Part shown: piece after piece, positions 12,601-24,183 of the stretch
Numbering within the stretch: position 1 is the stretch's first letter
Layout of the letters: the number at the start of each line of letters is the position of its first letter
DNA from: Iphione sp. A-MEVVRFRX5
Taxonomy: Eukaryota
NCBI GenBank assembly: GCA_976226885.1
Contig: OZ320318.1
Location: 69,626,001-69,690,000, forward strand
Direction: 5' to 3'
Length of the DNA stretch: 64,000 nucleotides
Notes under the pieces: generated by a model
Told to the model about the DNA's origin: nothing
The model's input: only the letters and a program-made list of their open reading frames with translations
The model's database searches: none
Program-made: the position numbers and the translations under genes

Positions 12601-15600
12601 TGAAATGTATGACTCCACTGAACTCCAGCCGGAGTTAACACTAAACTTGGGCACAGGCCCAACACTGCCCCCCTCTAAGCTGGCTCAGTCCCTGAGTCCA
12701 ATTATGACAAAGAACATTACCAACCACATGTATTTTTTCAACTTGTCATTCAAAATGTCTAAGGCAACAAGGCCGGCACAGGCCAACAACTTCAACTGCT
12801 GGTAAGGGGGAACCAGTACAGGTTCTCAAACTTATAACAACCCCCAGGCCAGTACAGGCCTAACATGTACTTTATCCCTGAAAATACTGCAACGATAATC
12901 AGGTCAGAAGAGACCAACAGAGGTACATGTAACTGCAACAGTGGGACCAATACCAGTCCCCAACTGAACTTCTTAGTAACTGGGGGTCAGTACAGACCCC
13001 CAACACTTTCAGAGGGAGGGTCCAGTACAGGTCCCTGAGCAACCTCTACCTAGGTGTGTGGGGTGGGTGCCAATTTGATGATGTAGTCCGCCTCCCACCG
13101 CACAGTCGTCCGCATTTCATCAAGACGGGTAGCTGCAAACTGCCAGTAGCATCGCTTAAAAGCACTCCTTGTTCGTCTCTGCTGCTGTGAGGCCCAGCCT
13201 CTAGTCCTGCAGCATCCTGTGGTGTGGGGGGTCCGGAGCCACAGCTCGGCAGATTGCCCGTGCGTAACCCAGGCACCCCCCTCAATGGCCTCCACTTCAG
13301 TCCTCCCCTCGGCTGTGGCCAGGTGCCAACTGAGTGGGGGCTCTGCTGTTGACATTAACACCAGTCCTCCTGCCCACTGGCAGACCGCAGCAGGTACCTC
13401 CGGGTCAGCCCACCTCAGCTGACGTCTGGCAATCCTTGCCACCGGCATACGATTGCTCAAGGGGCGGTCCACTCGGCTCGCAGACGCCTGGGTCTGCCTC
13501 TGCTGTTCCGTCCCCATGGTTGCAGCTATGGTAGTCTTGGTGTTCCTAGCTGGAGTTAACGTTGCCAGCGGGGGTGTCATCCTGGTAATCACCATGACTG
13601 GTGTGGCGCCCAACTCAGGGGGCACCAACCGCTGTCCTAGGTCCACCTGGGGGGTCCTTGGCCTAACTGGTGCTGACATGGTGCCCGACCTGGTGGGGGT
13701 ACAGCCTGGGTAATCGCAGTGGTGGCAACAGGTGTGGCGCCCAACTCGACGGCGCCAACTGACGTCCCAGGTCCGCCTGGGAGGTTCCTTGGCCTTGCCA
13801 ACACCAGCTGGGTGCCATGGGCCAACAACTGTGGAGGAGGGGCAGCCTGAGCAGCTATGGCAGCAGTAACGGGTGTGGAGCCCGGCTTGTGGGGGGTTAA
13901 CCGTTGTCCCAGATCCACCTGCACAGTCCCTGGACTGGCCATCTCGGTTCCATCCTTCTGCATGGCCATGGCCTCATCCGTCGACTTCCCGCCGGTCTCC
14001 GCCCGGGTGGTTGGTGGAGGCAGGGTGGACCAGACGGTTCCTCCTCGTCCTCCGGCCGGACCATGGCCGGAGCAGCTGCTGGAGTCACAGCTGGACCCCA
14101 GGCGGAGTCCGCAGCTGTCTCCAGCCGGTCTCTGGCAGAGAGGGTTCCTCTTCCATCACTGTCTCCTTCTACCACCTCCGCGATGGTGGCCAGCAGGGCC
14201 ACCACCTCGGTCTCTAACGGTGTATCAAGCATGGGTGGAGCTCCACTGTCCTGACAGTCCTCGAAGTGGGGAGTGTTGAGGGACTGGGCATAACGGACGT
14301 TGCCCACCACGGTGCCCTGGTCTTCGCCCAGCCCTCGCTCTGACGGCAACACAGCTCTACCACCATTTCATTCTCTTGCTGTGCCCGCTTCAGGTCTTCT
14401 GCTGCCCCGGCCACTGTCCGGACGACGGCCACGGTCCCCTGCAGCACTTCCTCTTCTTCTGCCTCGGCTCCATCATGGCCACAGTGAGGGCAGACCTGGC
14501 GTGACAGCCCATCAACATTGCCGTGCTTCCTGCCTGGTTGGTAGACAATCCCCAAATTGTAGCAGTGAATTTCTTCCAACCATCTTGCCAGTTGTCCCTG
14601 GGGCTCACTGAAGTTGCACAGCCATCAAAGGAAGCTGTGGTCCGTCCTGATGATGATATGTGCACCCCCAACATAAGACCTGAAATTCCTTAGGCTGAAA
14701 ATGACTGCCAACAGCTCCTTGCAGGTCACACAGTAGTTCCATTCGGGTCGGGTAAGGCTGCGGCTGGCATACACCAGGACCCGCTCCTCCCCATCCTGCT
14801 CCTGAGACAAGACCGCTCCATTCTCTTGTGCTAAGGCTTCAGTGTCCAGGGTCATCTGTCCTTCTGCCCACGCGTAGGTTAAGATCAAGGCTGTAACCAA
14901 CTTCTCCTTGAGGGTCTGGAAAGCGTCCTCTCACTCTGACGTCCAATAGAAGGCCTCCCCCTTCTCCAGCAAATAATGTGGCGGGCTGGCAGCGTTGGAT
15001 GAAGCTGCGGTAGCATGAACACAGACCAATGAAGCCCATCAACTCCATGAGACACTGTGGTGCTGGCCAATCTTCTACCACTCGGACCTTGGACTGGGTC
15101 CAGATTGATCCCTGCTGCCGATACTCGGTGCCCCAGGTACACAACCTCAGTCTGGAACAGCTGGCATTCTCTGGTTTGATCTTCAGGCCTGCCTCCCTCA
15201 GCTGCTGGAATACTTCCGCCAGTTGGTCCATCATATCAGGGACCAAATAGAGTAGGGAGGGCCTTCCAAATAGACCAGACAAGTGGTCCCCACGAAACCC
15301 CAGAGCACCACCTCCATGAGCCGCTCAAACGTGGATGGGGCATCGCAAAGCCCCAACAGCATCACCTTGAATTGGTAGAGGCCTCCTGGAGTACACATTG
15401 CAGTCTTTTCTGGATTTGCATGGTGCATCTGGACCTGCCAGTATCCACTGGCCAAGTCCAGAGCTGAAAAGTACTTCGCCCCTTCAAGGGCATCCAGGGT
15501 GTCGCCGATCCTTGGAAGTGGGTATGCATCCTTCTTTGTGATTCTGTTCAGGGCCCAGTAGTCGATACAGAATCGCCACGACTGGTCCTTCTTCTTCACT

Positions 15601-18600
15601 AGGACGACAGGAGATGCCCAGGGGCTGGTCAACGGTTCCAGTACTCCCCAATCCAACATCTTCTGGACTTCCCGCTGCACAGCTGCATGCTTGGATGGGG
15701 GCAGTCGACGAACTCGATGCGTATTGGTGCATGCCCATGGACATCAACCCTGTGCTGCACCTCTCCGGTACTACCAAGTGGCTCTCCCTCCTCCTGAAAG
15801 CACATCCGATGCTCCTCCAACATCTGGCCCACCAGGCCATGCTCTTCTCCCGTCAAGATCCCCAGGAGACTTGCCAGCAAGCACTGCTCCAGACTCCGTG
15901 GTCTCCTTGACCTCCTGCGCCAACAGCACTTGACCACACTCTTCCGGAAGTTCCACCAACTGTGTTTGCCCCACTACAGTTCCTCACCACAGACAGCAAC
16001 CCAGGTATCAAGGGTTAGCCGACTCCACCACTCTGGTAGTTGCTCCCACGTCGTACAGCATCCTCGCCAGGTTCATTCGAGAATGGCCTGCCCACTCAGG
16101 GGCAGCCTCCAGCAGCACCACTCCTCTGATGCCCTTCAGTTCTGGCCATCTCACTCTGGCCTCATTGGTGCTCCTTCCTTCAAGCTGGCACCCAAACTCA
16201 GAGAGCTGCCCTCTCGGTGTCCACTTGTGCCTTCCACTGCCTCAGGGTGTCGAGGCCCAGGATCACTGGACAGTCGATGCTTGCAACCCACGCCTCCACC
16301 CAGAGCTCCACTTCTCTAGTCCCTTATATAGTCAGTGTTAACCTGGCTGGAGAGGCACAAACTCCAGCAGACTCTGGCAATTCTGGGCAAACCCCGGCGA
16401 AATGTATGACTCTGCTGAACTCCGGTCTGAGTTAACAATAAACTTGGGCACAGGCCAAACACTATGATAAAAATACTATTTTGTAAGAAAAAATAAGAAC
16501 AATACAAAAAAAAAATGTAGTTTTGCAACCCAGATAATGAAGGAAAACACGACATAGACGTGCAGTTCAAGAAAACTTGTTCCAACCTGTATGCTGCCAC
16601 TTTGTGGTGGTTTTGTCTAATTACAGGTGATAAACTAAGTGAAATCCTTTGTAGCGCTCAACTAATTCAATTCAGTGCATAAGGAAAGACGCAGCAGGTC
16701 CCCAGTACAGGGGCCAGAGAGTACAGCTAGCTTTACCAAATACTTGGGTGTCCCCAAGTGACACAATAAATCCCCAGTACAGGGGTCAGAGAGTACAGCT
16801 AACTTTACCAGATGTTTGGGTGTCCCCAAACGACACAGCAGGTCCCCAGTACAGGGGCCAGTGAGTACACTAACTACACTACCTACTACAATAGAACCTC
16901 ATTATATAGGTGACATGCTAAGTGATAGTCTGTGTGAAGTCCTACTTATCTTCTTCAGTACTTAAAAATCAAAATAAATGTAGATGCATCCATCCTATGG
17001 CTCAAAGTTAATGCTTGTGGTAGTGGGAAGGGTTATGGGGCTTCCAATATCATCTTCTGTAGAATCACTAAGTTTGGCTGGTTGGCATGGTTGAGATAGG
17101 AGGTGGCTAGTGATCGTGAACCTTAATTTGGGCTGACCTACGCGTTGGTTATTAGATTTCTTAAAATTTCCACATGTGGTAAATCTGCCTGGTTTAATCA
17201 CACAAGGCATAGTATATCAATTGGTATGGGAAATACTTTTACTTACTCTCAATCCCAAGACCTGGGGTGGTGGTGGTGTTGGCTCAGCCCCAGTGACTCC
17301 AAGGTTGCTGGGTATGTCCTGTATGACAACAATGCAGACAAAATAGTTATTATTATCATCTAGGTGCAGTTTTGCAGATGCTTGCAAAGTACAACTACTG
17401 ACACATTGCCCACATGCTAACCATGTCAAATGAACATCTTTATATAGTTGACACAGTAAGTGGTAGTCTATGTGAGGCCCTACTCATCCAATTCGGTACT
17501 CAAAAAAAAGAAAATAAATAAATGCCTTACATGAAGCAAAGTACACAAGATGCATCCACCCTAACCTCTCACCCCACTCACATCTCTTACTTGTCAACCA
17601 AAACTCATTATACAGGGCCAGTGCTAAGTGATAGTCTGTGTGGGACCATACTCTTCAGTACTAAATAGAAATAAATCCCCTGCATGTAACAAACTACACT
17701 TTATGCACTTGCCCTAGTCCCCCCTCCCACACACACACACTCATAGCACACCACTTACTATATATGCATAGAAATATATGGTTGTGTGGAGCAGTAATTT
17801 AGTCTGCACAAAATTACTCAGCATGCTGAGCATGTAAGTTTACTCCTCACATAAGCTCTGCACATGATGCTTGTGTGCATTTATACTCAGTTGCGTTGTT
17901 ACCACTCAGGAATAAACATTTAAACTTTACTTGGTAGTCTGATTCAACTATGTTAAGGTCTGGCCATAATAATAAGTACACACTGAGGTAGTAATACAGA
18001 TGTACTGGCACTGACTGCACCTACCCCTACCCGAACTGGCAAATGTACATCACATAATTTATATGCTGGGAAATATATAAACACACTGAGGTAGTAATAC
18101 AGATGTATTGGTAGTGACTTTACCTACCCCTAACCTGTCACACGCACAGCACATAATATGTATACAGAAAAATATATCTCCACACTGAGATAGTACAACA
18201 TACATGTACAGGTACTCTCACTGACCTCACCTACCCTTACCCTGAGCATCACATGCACAACACATAATTTATATGCAGAGAAATATATCTATACACTGAG
18301 GCGGTAATACAGATGTACAGCATAGACTTCACCTACCCCTACCATAACTGACATACATCCACCACATAATATGCATGCACAGAGAAATTTACACACTGAG
18401 ATAGTACAACATACATGTACAGGTACTCTCACTGACCTCACCTATCCCTACCCTGAGAATCACATGCACAAAACATAATTTATATGCTGGGAAATATATA
18501 AACACACTTAGGTAGTAATACAGATGTATTGGTAGTGACTTTACCTATACCTACCCTGACACATGCACACCACATAATATATATGTAGAAAAAAATATAT

Positions 18601-20477
18601 TTACACACTGAGATAGTACTACATACATGCACAGGTACTCTCACTGACTTCACCTACCCCTACCCTGAGCATTACATGCACAAAACATAATTTATATGTT
18701 GGGAAATATATAAACACACTGAGGTAGTAATACAGATGTATTGGTAGTGACTTTACCTACCCCTACCCTGACATATGCACACTGCATAATATATATGTAG
18801 AAAAAAATATATTTACACACTGAGATAGTACTACATACATGCACAGGTACTCTCACTGACTTCACCTTCCCCTGCCCTGAGCATCACATGCACAACACGT
18901 AATTTATATGCAGAGAACAATTACAAATATCGTTTGTTGCTAATTTTCTCTTCAAAGGAATAGTTTCATTTAGCCGTTCTGTGAACAACAATCTTTCTCA
19001 CTCTGTCAGCATTGGAATGCATTTTACAGCATAAAAATTGGATCATTATTGATGAAAGAGTAATGAAGATCTCCACTTCCTGTGTTGCCTGCCATTTCAA
19101 ACTAGAAGCAGGAAGATATAGGACAGAGTATGTCAATTGGTATGGGAAGTACTTTTACTTACCCTGGATGTGGAGGCATGAGGTGGTGGTGGTGGTGGAG
19201 TTGCATTTTCATTGGTCTTCTGCTCCTGTATGACAACAATGCAGGCAAAAAAGTTATTATCAACTTTATGTTCAGCAGTGCAGATGCTTGCGAAAAACAA
19301 CTACTGACAACCTAACCACATGCTAACCTTGTCAAATGAGCATCTTTATATAGTTGAGTAGCTAAGTGATAGTCTATGTGAGGCCCTACTCATCCACTGA
19401 CTTCACCTGCCCCTACCCTGACTATCAAATACACTCAATATATAATTTATATGCAGAGAAATATATCTACACACTGAGTTAATAATACTGATGTATTGGC
19501 AGTGACCTCACCTAAACTAACCCTTACTATCACATGCAGAACACATAATCTATATGCAGAAAAATATATCTCCACACTGAGGTAGTAATACAGATGTATT
19601 GGCAGTGACTTTACCTACCCCTACCTTGCCACATGCACAGCACATAATATGTATGCAGAAAAATATATCTCCACACTGAGGTATATATGCACAGGTACTG
19701 TCACTGACCTCACCTACCCCCACCCTGACCATCACATGCACAACACATAATTTATATGCAAAGAAATATATCCACACTCCGAGCTAGTAACAGAGATGTA
19801 TTGGCAGTGACTTTACCTACCCCTACCATAACTGACACACATCCACCACGTAATATGCATGCACAGAGAAATATACTTACACACTGAGATAGTACAACAT
19901 ACATGTACAGGTACTGTCACTGACCTCACCTACCCCTACCCTGAGCATCACTTGCACAACACATAATTTATATGCAGAGAAATATATCTACACACTGAGG
20001 TAGTAATACAGATGTACAGCACTGACTTCACCTAATCCTACCCTGTCAGATGCACACTGCATAATATATATGCAGAAAAATATATCTCCACACGGAGATA
20101 GTACTACATAGTTGACAAAATCACTGGTAATCGACTGTAATCCCCTACCCCTACCCTGTCTGTTACATGTACACATTACACAGATCTTTTGTTGCTAATT
20201 TTCTCCTAAAAGGAATAGTTTCATGTAGTCATTCTGTGAACAACAATCTTTCTCACTCTGTCAGCATTTGAATGCATTTTACAGCATAAAAATCGGATCA
20301 TTATTGATGAAATACTAATGAAGATCTCAACTTACAAACTAGAAGCGGGAAGATACAAGACAGAGTATGTCAATTGGTATGGGAAGTACTTTTACTTACC
20401 CTTGGTGAGGAGGCATGAGGTGGTGGTGGTGGTGATGTTGCGAGAGGCAAAGACTCACTTTCCATGGTCTTCTGCTC
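6625..20477 (-). CDS. Multi-exon gene, N-terminus not found: Pro-rich repeat exons + SGNH/GDSL hydrolase-fold domain + RG-rich tail (about 320 aa rebuilt)
   Basis: Minus-strand exons: 20477-20400, 19225-19163, 17318-17247, 12221-12147, 9494-9288, 8882-8797, 7713-7545, 6964-6776, 6648-6625. Phases are compatible and the frame is open to TAG at 6627-6625, with AATAAA at 6619-6614. All introns are GT-AG except one GC-AG (donor after 7545). Confidence 0.75.
6776..6964 (-). CDS. Arg/Gly-rich exon
   Basis: Boundaries ttattatcag|CAC ... ACT|gtaagt, 189 nt, phase 0/0. HSRSTAQGATELQRPFFRPERGRWSHQTQRQRPSHRGRGQWRREDRGRGQGRERRRWRGKQAT. Confidence 0.65.
7545..7713 (-). CDS. SGNH domain exon C (block V-like, DDRGVHP)
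   Basis: Acceptor ctctcttttttccag|A AAA ATC. KIEDMPGVACVRLHRAFMDPTGLMVDPRSFIDDRGVHPTADTIGRMASIITSHITE. The 3' end depends on a GC donor (AG|gcatgt). Confidence 0.75.
7946..8579. mobile_element. pogo/Tigger-type MITE
   Basis: TA|caggagactccctc ... gagggagtctactg|TA. Subterminal gcggacgcgtctc repeats and internal 31-bp tandem repeats. Confidence 0.85.
8797..8882 (-). CDS. SGNH domain exon B
   Basis: Boundaries tatatag|GCC ... AAA AG|gtaata. AKERGMTVAVATVCPRLDVQPLALRVLK. Phase 0 to 2 bridges exons A and C exactly. Confidence 0.8.
9288..9494 (-). CDS. SGNH domain exon A (blocks I-III)
   Basis: Boundaries ttttttgcag|GTC ... GAG|gtgagt, 207 nt. VSAVYGDSVIARLEGVRIANLSQSG...HVVIALGGNDL carries the GDS, SG and GGND motifs. 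Confidence 0.85.
10691..11318. mobile_element. Tc1/mariner-pogo-type MITE with internal ~60-bp repeats
   Basis: TA|cagtggagcgcctct ... ggctctcaactg|TA, with repeated ccctattagag motifs. Confidence 0.7.
12410..16461 (-). mobile_element. Degenerate Ty3/Gypsy LTR retrotransposon with internal deletions
   Basis: RT (WASPVVLVKKKD...RFCIDY..LN..TKKDAYPLPRI...ALDLASGYWQV, 15231-15680) and RNase H (14625-14900). 3' LTR about 12410-12664 (TG...CA) is preceded on the minus strand by the PPT agaggggggcag (12665-12676). Partial 5' LTR at 16318-16461. Many frameshifts; no recognisable integrase core, gag or PBS. Confidence 0.9.
16690..16870. repeat. Short tandem repeat, about 77 bp x 2.5
   Basis: tccccagtacagggg(c/t)cag(a/t)gagtaca occurs three times. 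Confidence 0.8.
17970..18915. repeat. Diverged ~105-bp satellite with ~211-bp dimeric higher-order structure (same family as 31650-32603)
   Basis: Alternating units gaggtagtaatacagatgtattgg and gagatagtac(a/t)acatacatg. Shared core ctttacctacccctaccctgac. Confidence 0.85.
19405..20165. repeat. Second diverged array of the same satellite
   Basis: Repeated acactgaggtagtaatacagatgta ... cctacccctaccctg units. Confidence 0.85.
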
Positions 20478-21597
20478 CTGTATGACAACAATGCAGGCAA
20501 AATAGTTATTATTATCTTTATGTTCAGCAGTATAGAGGTTTGCAAAGTACAACTTCTGACAACCTACAGACATGCTAACCTTGTCAAATGAGCATCTTAA
20601 TATATTAGAATAGCTAACTGATAGTCTATGTGAGGGCCTACTCATCCATTTTAGTTAAAAAAAAAAAAAACCTCACATGCAGCAAATCACACAAGATGCA
20701 TCCTCCCTAATCTATCACCTGTCTCACATCTCCTTATTGTCAATGTAGTCTTATTGTACAAGGCAACTGTTAAATGACAGTCTGTATGGGACCATACTCT
20801 TCACTACTAAATAAATAGAAATAAATACACTGCATGCATTAAACTACACCATATGCACCCACCTTAGCCCCCACATTATACCCAACATATACTTGTCAAC
20901 GGAGTCTCTTTATATAGTTGACATCATAATTGTCAGTCTCTGTGGGGCCCTACTCATCCATTTTAGTGATAAAAAAATAGAAATAAGTCCCCTGATTGCA
21001 CCAAAATACACTAGATGTGTCCATTCTAACCTTTGATCATACCCATATCCCAAACTTGTCTACCCACACTCATTAAATTGGTGACATGCTAAGTCAGTCT
21101 GTGTGGGTTCCTACTCATTCATTTTAGTGAATAAAAATATAGAAATAAATTCCTTACATGCAACATTCTACATCATAGGCACCTATTTTAACCCCATGCG
21201 CTACCCACATCCCAAATTTGTCAATCATGACAGCGAGGCTCTGCCCACATCTCTTTTTATACAGATAATGCAACCTTGGGCAGAGTCCCCAACTTTAACT
21301 CTGGTGAAATATCAACAGGCTCCGTCTAGGGCAGAGCCCGCAACAATACATATAGGCTTCAGTCTTAGTCCCAGGTGTAGGGTAGGACCTATTATATATG
21401 TAGTACAACCACATATAGATTACTACCTGCAGTTCTACCTGTAATGTTTCTGATGTATTCTGTAGTATAAATGTAGGATTCAGTCTCATATACATATACA
21501 ATACATAGTTTATCATATAAAGTAAAACTAAAGGTGACAATACATATGTGGTAGGCCTACTTATATAACAAGCTCTAACCTCGAACTACAATTAACA

Positions 21598-21823
21598 GGG
21601 GGGGGGGGGGTCAGGCCATACCTAATAATGCTTCACCAACAATTCTTCTCAGCCGTAATGCCTAAAGAAGGAGCAGATAACGCTTCACCAAGAATATATT
21701 CTATGAAAATGCTTCACTAGTGAATGCTGAATAACGTTTAGCCCTTAATTCAGAAGCCAAATAACACTTCACAAACAATTCAGATCACCCAATAACGTTT
21801 CACCAGAATAGTTGACCCCCCCC
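21598..21823. mobile_element. Small foldback-like element with (G)n-tca / tga-(C)n ends and internal aa(t/c)gcttcac repeats
   Basis: Inverted G-run and C-run termini with about six repeated motifs. No TSD confirmed. Confidence 0.4.
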
Positions 21824-23611
21824 TTAAATTAAAAATAAGGATGCAACAAACACCATTTAAAGCTATAAGAAATCAGAAAAACACTAGCCTCGTCGTAAAA
21901 AATTCATCCCCCATTCTCTTCTAAGAGCGGGGGATGAAACATATACAAAACACACCATTTTAAAGCTAATTATCCAAGGAAAATCCTCAGCCATGACAGA
22001 AATGTGTGAACACCTTAATTCAAAATGGAAAATATGCCACTGTATATTGCCATATATTAACATATACATCATTCTCTTTCTTGTATATAAGTTAAAGTAC
22101 TGGTACATGTACAGGACAGAAAAGGGACTAATATTTCATGTAACTGGATTGCATTTTTTTATTCTGTATCACAGATATAATAATATATATGGTACAACAT
22201 TACATTGCTCATAAATTCATTCATAAATACAAGAGACAGATTGTGCATAAATTAGAAACATCAGTCAGCATCATAATGACATATTTCTTGTGACCTGCTC
22301 TTTTTTTGTGCACAACGGAACCGTTGTGCACAAAAAATACACATGGATATGAAATCATTTCAAGAATTGGCAGTGCGATAGAAAATAATCGTAGGGATTA
22401 ACAAAAATATTCGGCGGCCGTTGTGCGTAAAAAAATTGTCAGTCAGCGTTGTGCGTAACAAGGTGGCCGCCGTTGTGCACAAAATAATACAAGTTGATGT
22501 GAAATCATTAAATAACAATGGGAAAGTGTTATAAATAAAATGTAGTTTTTACAAGTAGTGCGAGGTAGGGATCAGTTAAAAGTATGCGTCTGCGGGCCCA
22601 GTCGTCTGGATACCCTAGCCTGTATGATTTGGCGACGTTTCGCCCTCAAACCGTTTCGCCCTCGCCGTTTCGCCCTCAAACCAGTTCGCCCTCAAGACGT
22701 TTCGCCCTCAACCAGAAAAAAATCCTTTTCCATTATCAATGAAGTAATTATGCAGTGTAATTGTGATATGTAATGGCAAAGATTTACCACTGGCAAAGAT
22801 TTACTATTATGAGTGTGTTTTTCTTCCTAGACGAAATGATTGAGGTAGCTTAACAAAGGTGAAGGTCACTGACAGCAATACTGGCATGTGGTCTGTAGCC
22901 TTAGTAAAATTATCACTGTTTTCTTCATACTTGTCCGATTTGAATGCAACAAAATGCATTTGAAAGCCTAGAATCTAAGGAATACAATGATAGTGATTAT
23001 TTTCATATAGAGCCGTTATTTTGAGATAGAATTGACGAAAACGTAATCGCGATGTAGCGGCCGAGTTGTTGTCAGTGTTGGTTAGGGTTGGTGGTAGGGT
23101 ATGCAGTTCTAGAGAACAGGGCACCGTCGACTGTCCTAGGACAGTCGAAAACAAAAGAACAAGAAGTGGTAGTAGTTGACAGTCATTAGCCTACCAGTAC
23201 TCACAAACACGCAGAGTGGAGTATACACGATTTAGTCAATATTAACATACAATAATTAGACAAAGGTGAAGCGAGTAAAGGGTGCTAAAATGCATATAAG
23301 CGTCCAGCTTGAATGTCATGACTAGAGTTCTTGACTTGAATATGTGGGGTGGGTGCATGGTATCCATCCACAGGCAAGTGAAGGACTGGTTCTGCATTCA
23401 GAACAATCATTGCCAATGACTGTCGTCAGCAGCAGCGGCAAGGAGGCCAGGGAACTGCTGAGGGGTGTTAGGGTGAACTAGCAGTGTAATAAACGCCTCC
23501 ACTGGTAACCGATTGTTTGTTGTAATGATTACGACTTTAGTGGTTATGGTCAGCATTTATAGTCACAGACAATTCTCCTGGTTTACCATCTTTTAACTTA
23601 GTAAGTACTGA

Positions 23612-24183
23612 TGGATCATATCAACCAACAGGTTCGCTCATTTCAACCACAATGGATCATATTGACCAGTGGCTCATTTCGACCGTGGCTCATATCGACT
23701 ATACATCAGTGCAATGTATGTGAGAGGGGTGGCCGACTTGACTGACGGCGGAGTATGTCAGTGGCCCAGTCAGTCGGCGGCCGACAGTGTAGGTGGCCGA
23801 GTCAGTCAGCAGCCTAGTCATCCTATCACTGTGACGGCCACAGGGAGGGCCCAGGGTGATGTAGCGGTAGGAGAGGGGGAATGCCTATCAGTAGCCAACA
23901 GTCAGTAGCTGACAAATTTTCACAGCAACCAGTGTGACAGGCCCCCGGTGCAGACCTCAGGCACCTCGTTGGAGGTTCGCCCTAGCCTGTTCAAATCCCT
24001 GATGGCATTAGGTTCCAATGTGGTGGCCAAGTGGTGGGGGAAACAGCCCAATAAAAAATGCCCTGCTGATGTGGACAATACAATACAATGGAATCGTCAA
24101 GAGCTGGGACACTCTCAGAGGACCACAATGGACTGTCATTCCCCCAGGGTATGGTTGATATGAGCCATGGTCAATATGATCCA
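23612..24183. mobile_element. Nested non-autonomous element with tggatcata/ggctcata subterminal inverted repeats, inside the MULE
   Basis: Left tggatcatatcaacc..., right ...ggtcaatatgatcca. No TSD confirmed. Confidence 0.5.

Larger units (their letters stand above)
12147..20477 (-). repeat. Four tandemly duplicated exon-plus-intron modules encoding poly-Pro peptides
   Basis: Near-identical flanks (ttgttgtcata(c/t)ag| and |gtaagtaaaagta) surround exons encoding EQKTMESESLPLATSPPPPPHASSPR, EQKTNENATPPPPPPHASTSR, DIPSNLGVTGAEPTPPPPQVLGLR and EISNPGATPTLPPPPPTPPQDSASI. Intron homology extends hundreds of bp (e.g. 11900-12300 vs 17000-17400). Confidence 0.85.

Noticed and set aside
13046-14352. 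Many overlapping GC-rich ORFs as an accessory gene of the Gypsy element
   Set aside because: They are frameshifted, repeat-containing 3' internal sequence with no recognisable domain.
21290-21459. Two extra candidate phase-0 exons (NTSETLQVELQ; TEPVDISPELKLGTLPK) upstream of the Pro exons
   Set aside because: They are frame-compatible, but the splice signals are weak and there is no independent support, so they were left out of the model.
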